A DNA stretch of 64,000 nt from Sphyrna mokarran (taxonomy: Eukaryota): the NCBI GenBank assembly GCA_024679065.1, contig JAGIQG010000009.1, forward strand, positions 93,310,001 through 93,374,000, given 5' to 3'. Each line of letters starts with the position of its first letter. The stretch's first letter is position 1. The notes below the pieces were generated by a model. It was not told the DNA's origin and did no database searches. It worked only from the letters and a program-made list of their open reading frames with translations. The position numbers were made by a program, and so were the translations under genes. Below are positions 61,642 through 64,000 of this stretch, in pieces.

Positions 61642-61813
61642 GCCGTGACCGTGCTGCATTGTGGTCACAAAAACCTCTGCTCGAATCGTGTTGATCTTTC
61701 GGATGCAACATTGGCAAAACGGTGGAAGAGCCAATACGCGATGGCGATGAATCATTTAACCGGGATCAAAGCAAATGCAAGTTAAAGTAGAGACTCGTAT
61801 CCGAGTCACGGCA
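61642..61813 (+). pseudogene. tRNA-His pseudogene split by an insert of about 105 bp in the T-arm
   Basis: 5' part gccgtgacc..tgcattgtggtcacaaaaacctctgctcgaatc; 3' part ctcgtatccgagtcacggca. Confidence 0.7.
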
Positions 61814-63799
61814 AAATTTAATTAAATTATTTCCCTGAAGCAGAACCGAAAGGAACACATTGAGAAATCAAATATTTGTTCTTGGTGAAATCTGTTGATT
61901 GCTTCCAAACTGAGCGCATGCCCTTATCCCTTTCCAATGCTCCAGAATTCAAACGGTCAGCATGAACATCTGAATCTGATGGGAACAACCAGTGAGTCAG
62001 GACTTATCCGATTTAACCTGAAGCGGTCAAATTATACTTTTCAGTTTAGCGCAAAACTGTGGAATACATTGGCACCGGACGGAGGCCGTGGCTGATTGCC
62101 GATAGGGATAATTCCAATCCATTCCTCTGTTTGCATGCAAACATCAGGGTTGGGTTTTGGTCAATAATAAATACTTGAAAGACACAGTCTCTCAATGGGC
62201 AAGTTGAACTGTCAGCTGAACTCGATGCAGTCGATCCACAGGGCAATACTCAAGTTAAGCAGGGAAGTTAATTCATAGTCATAAAAACTTGCTGTGTAAA
62301 AACGTAAATTCGCAACTTCCTGAACCACATCTTAATCCATTTTCCGGACAAGCTCAATAGTTGGGAACAGAAAATACAATCTAATCTCGAAGGGCAAAAA
62401 ACTGTTTCCTTTGACTACAACGAAAGCAATTGCTGTACAATATCAGCTTAGGTTGTTAAACAGTGAATTTTGAGGATAGCTTGTACACATTTATTTCAAA
62501 TACGAACAGAAATAAGTATACCTGATACCTGTTTCTACTGCCTTTGAAAATATTAAGACAATGGAATCGAATAAACGATCTGATACCGTTTCTTCGCACA
62601 TATTGCAATCACATTACCAGCATTGGCCACCAGGCATAATTGACAACATAGATCAAAGCCTGGTAGCATTGCGAATTTCCGAACTTTACTGTATATTCTC
62701 ATTGCACACTTGTGGCACTAATAAACCTTAAACCTTTCAGGAACAGTTACGTGGGCACAATACTGATGACATCCACTGAATGTCTTTATTTCGAAAATGT
62801 ATTTTCCACAATCTTACTTTATTTATCTAAGGAGCTCACACCGAGATTGAGCACCTAACTACACATGAACGAATACCCAGAATGCTGGCATCATCCAACA
62901 TCTGGTCACTCGGAAATTAAAGGATGATGCCGTTCCTGCAACATCCTTGTAGAAGGCATCAAAGTCAAACGAGATGGTGGAAGTATACAGGGAAACAAAT
63001 AAAGATTTGGAATAGGAGAGTATTTAAAGAATTGTAGATTTAGGGCTGGCGAACTGATTGAGAGTTCCTCCACCTCTAGTTATCCTGCATGTTTGTCAGA
63101 AGTTAATGTAGCTACATTGATGTAGCTCCGTTGACGCAACTCTTATAGATCTTATGGTTAGTTGATCATTATTATGGACATGCTGCCAGATTTTTGAACA
63201 CTTCTTGATTTGTGAATCATTTGCACTGTTAACGGTTGGCATTCTTCGTAAAACCAGGAAACATCTGACTGCATTTCGATTAGAGTCAGTATTCCCACAG
63301 ACAGTCGTACAGAGCTTTGACCGTGTTGCATTTGTGCAAACAGAATTCGAATTGAGATGCATGCACTAATCAGAGCCAACTGCTGACGTTTGGTCACATT
63401 TCCAAAACTGAAACAACTCGGCCACTTTTCTAGTGTAGTACTATGTGGGTACCTGGTCACGTATGTTAAACGATGGCACCTGCTGGTAATTGGTTAAAAC
63501 CCAAGCCCAGTGGGGATTTTCATCACATGCCCGCCACGAAACAAAGGGCCAAGGAGTCTGGCGACTGTTGGGAAAAGGTACGAGAAAATCAGGTACCCAG
63601 GAGAGATGGATTGCAAACAAGAATATTCGCAAACTGGAACCTGAATTAAGTTTTTGTGTTGGAAGTTTGGAGTATGACTTGTTAGAAGGCACAACGGATC
63701 CACAATGAACCTGGTTAAACCTTACAAACATGAAATTTGAATTGAAAAGGCAGTCTGCATTCTTTAAATCGGTGTGCGTAGAACCCAAAGGATTCTTAA

Positions 63800-64000
63800 T
63801 CGGTCGCATGTAAAGATTAGGTAGTCGGAAGATTTTTTTTCCACAATGGTAGAATCAATTACTAGGGGCTTTTGTTTAAATTTCGAGGGGCATGGTTTAA
63901 AGGAAATGTACGATACAAGTGTTTTACACATATAGTGGTGCGTGCCTGGAACTTGCTGCCTTGAAAGGTAGTGGAAGCTGATATGATACTGACAGGTAAA
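63800..64000 (+). mobile_element. CR1 3' fragment running off the window
   Basis: Similar to 59930-60110. Confidence 0.7.

Overview
Repeat-rich vertebrate DNA, almost certainly from a cartilaginous fish (shark-type MHC class I, HE1/V-SINEs, shark-type CR1 LINEs). Left part (1-17 kb): a minus-strand MHC class I heavy-chain gene resembling the shark UAA lineage. Its leader, alpha1, alpha2 and alpha3 exons are open and phase-compatible; the TM and cytoplasmic exons were not found and probably lie left of the window. It has substitutions at peptide-anchor positions and three extra cysteines. Intron 1 holds a CR1 nested in a solo LTR, an L1/Tx1 ORF1 relic, a short insertion whose target-site duplication (TSD) overlaps the splice donor, and an assembly gap. 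Middle (17-36 kb): CR1, RTE and SINE debris, an orphan CpG-rich promoter at about 21.3 kb, and a possible heavily decayed NACHT-LRR (NLR) relic at about 34-36 kb. Right part (36-64 kb): a tRNA-gene array built by segmental duplication of Thr(CGT)+Rex1 and His+Pro cassettes. Only two tRNAs look intact (Thr-CGT 53641-53712, His-GTG 59527-59599), among about 11 decayed Thr, His, Pro, Asn and Asp copies. All family assignments come from reading the sequence and recalled consensus sequences; no searches were run, and repeat boundaries are approximate unless a TSD is quoted.
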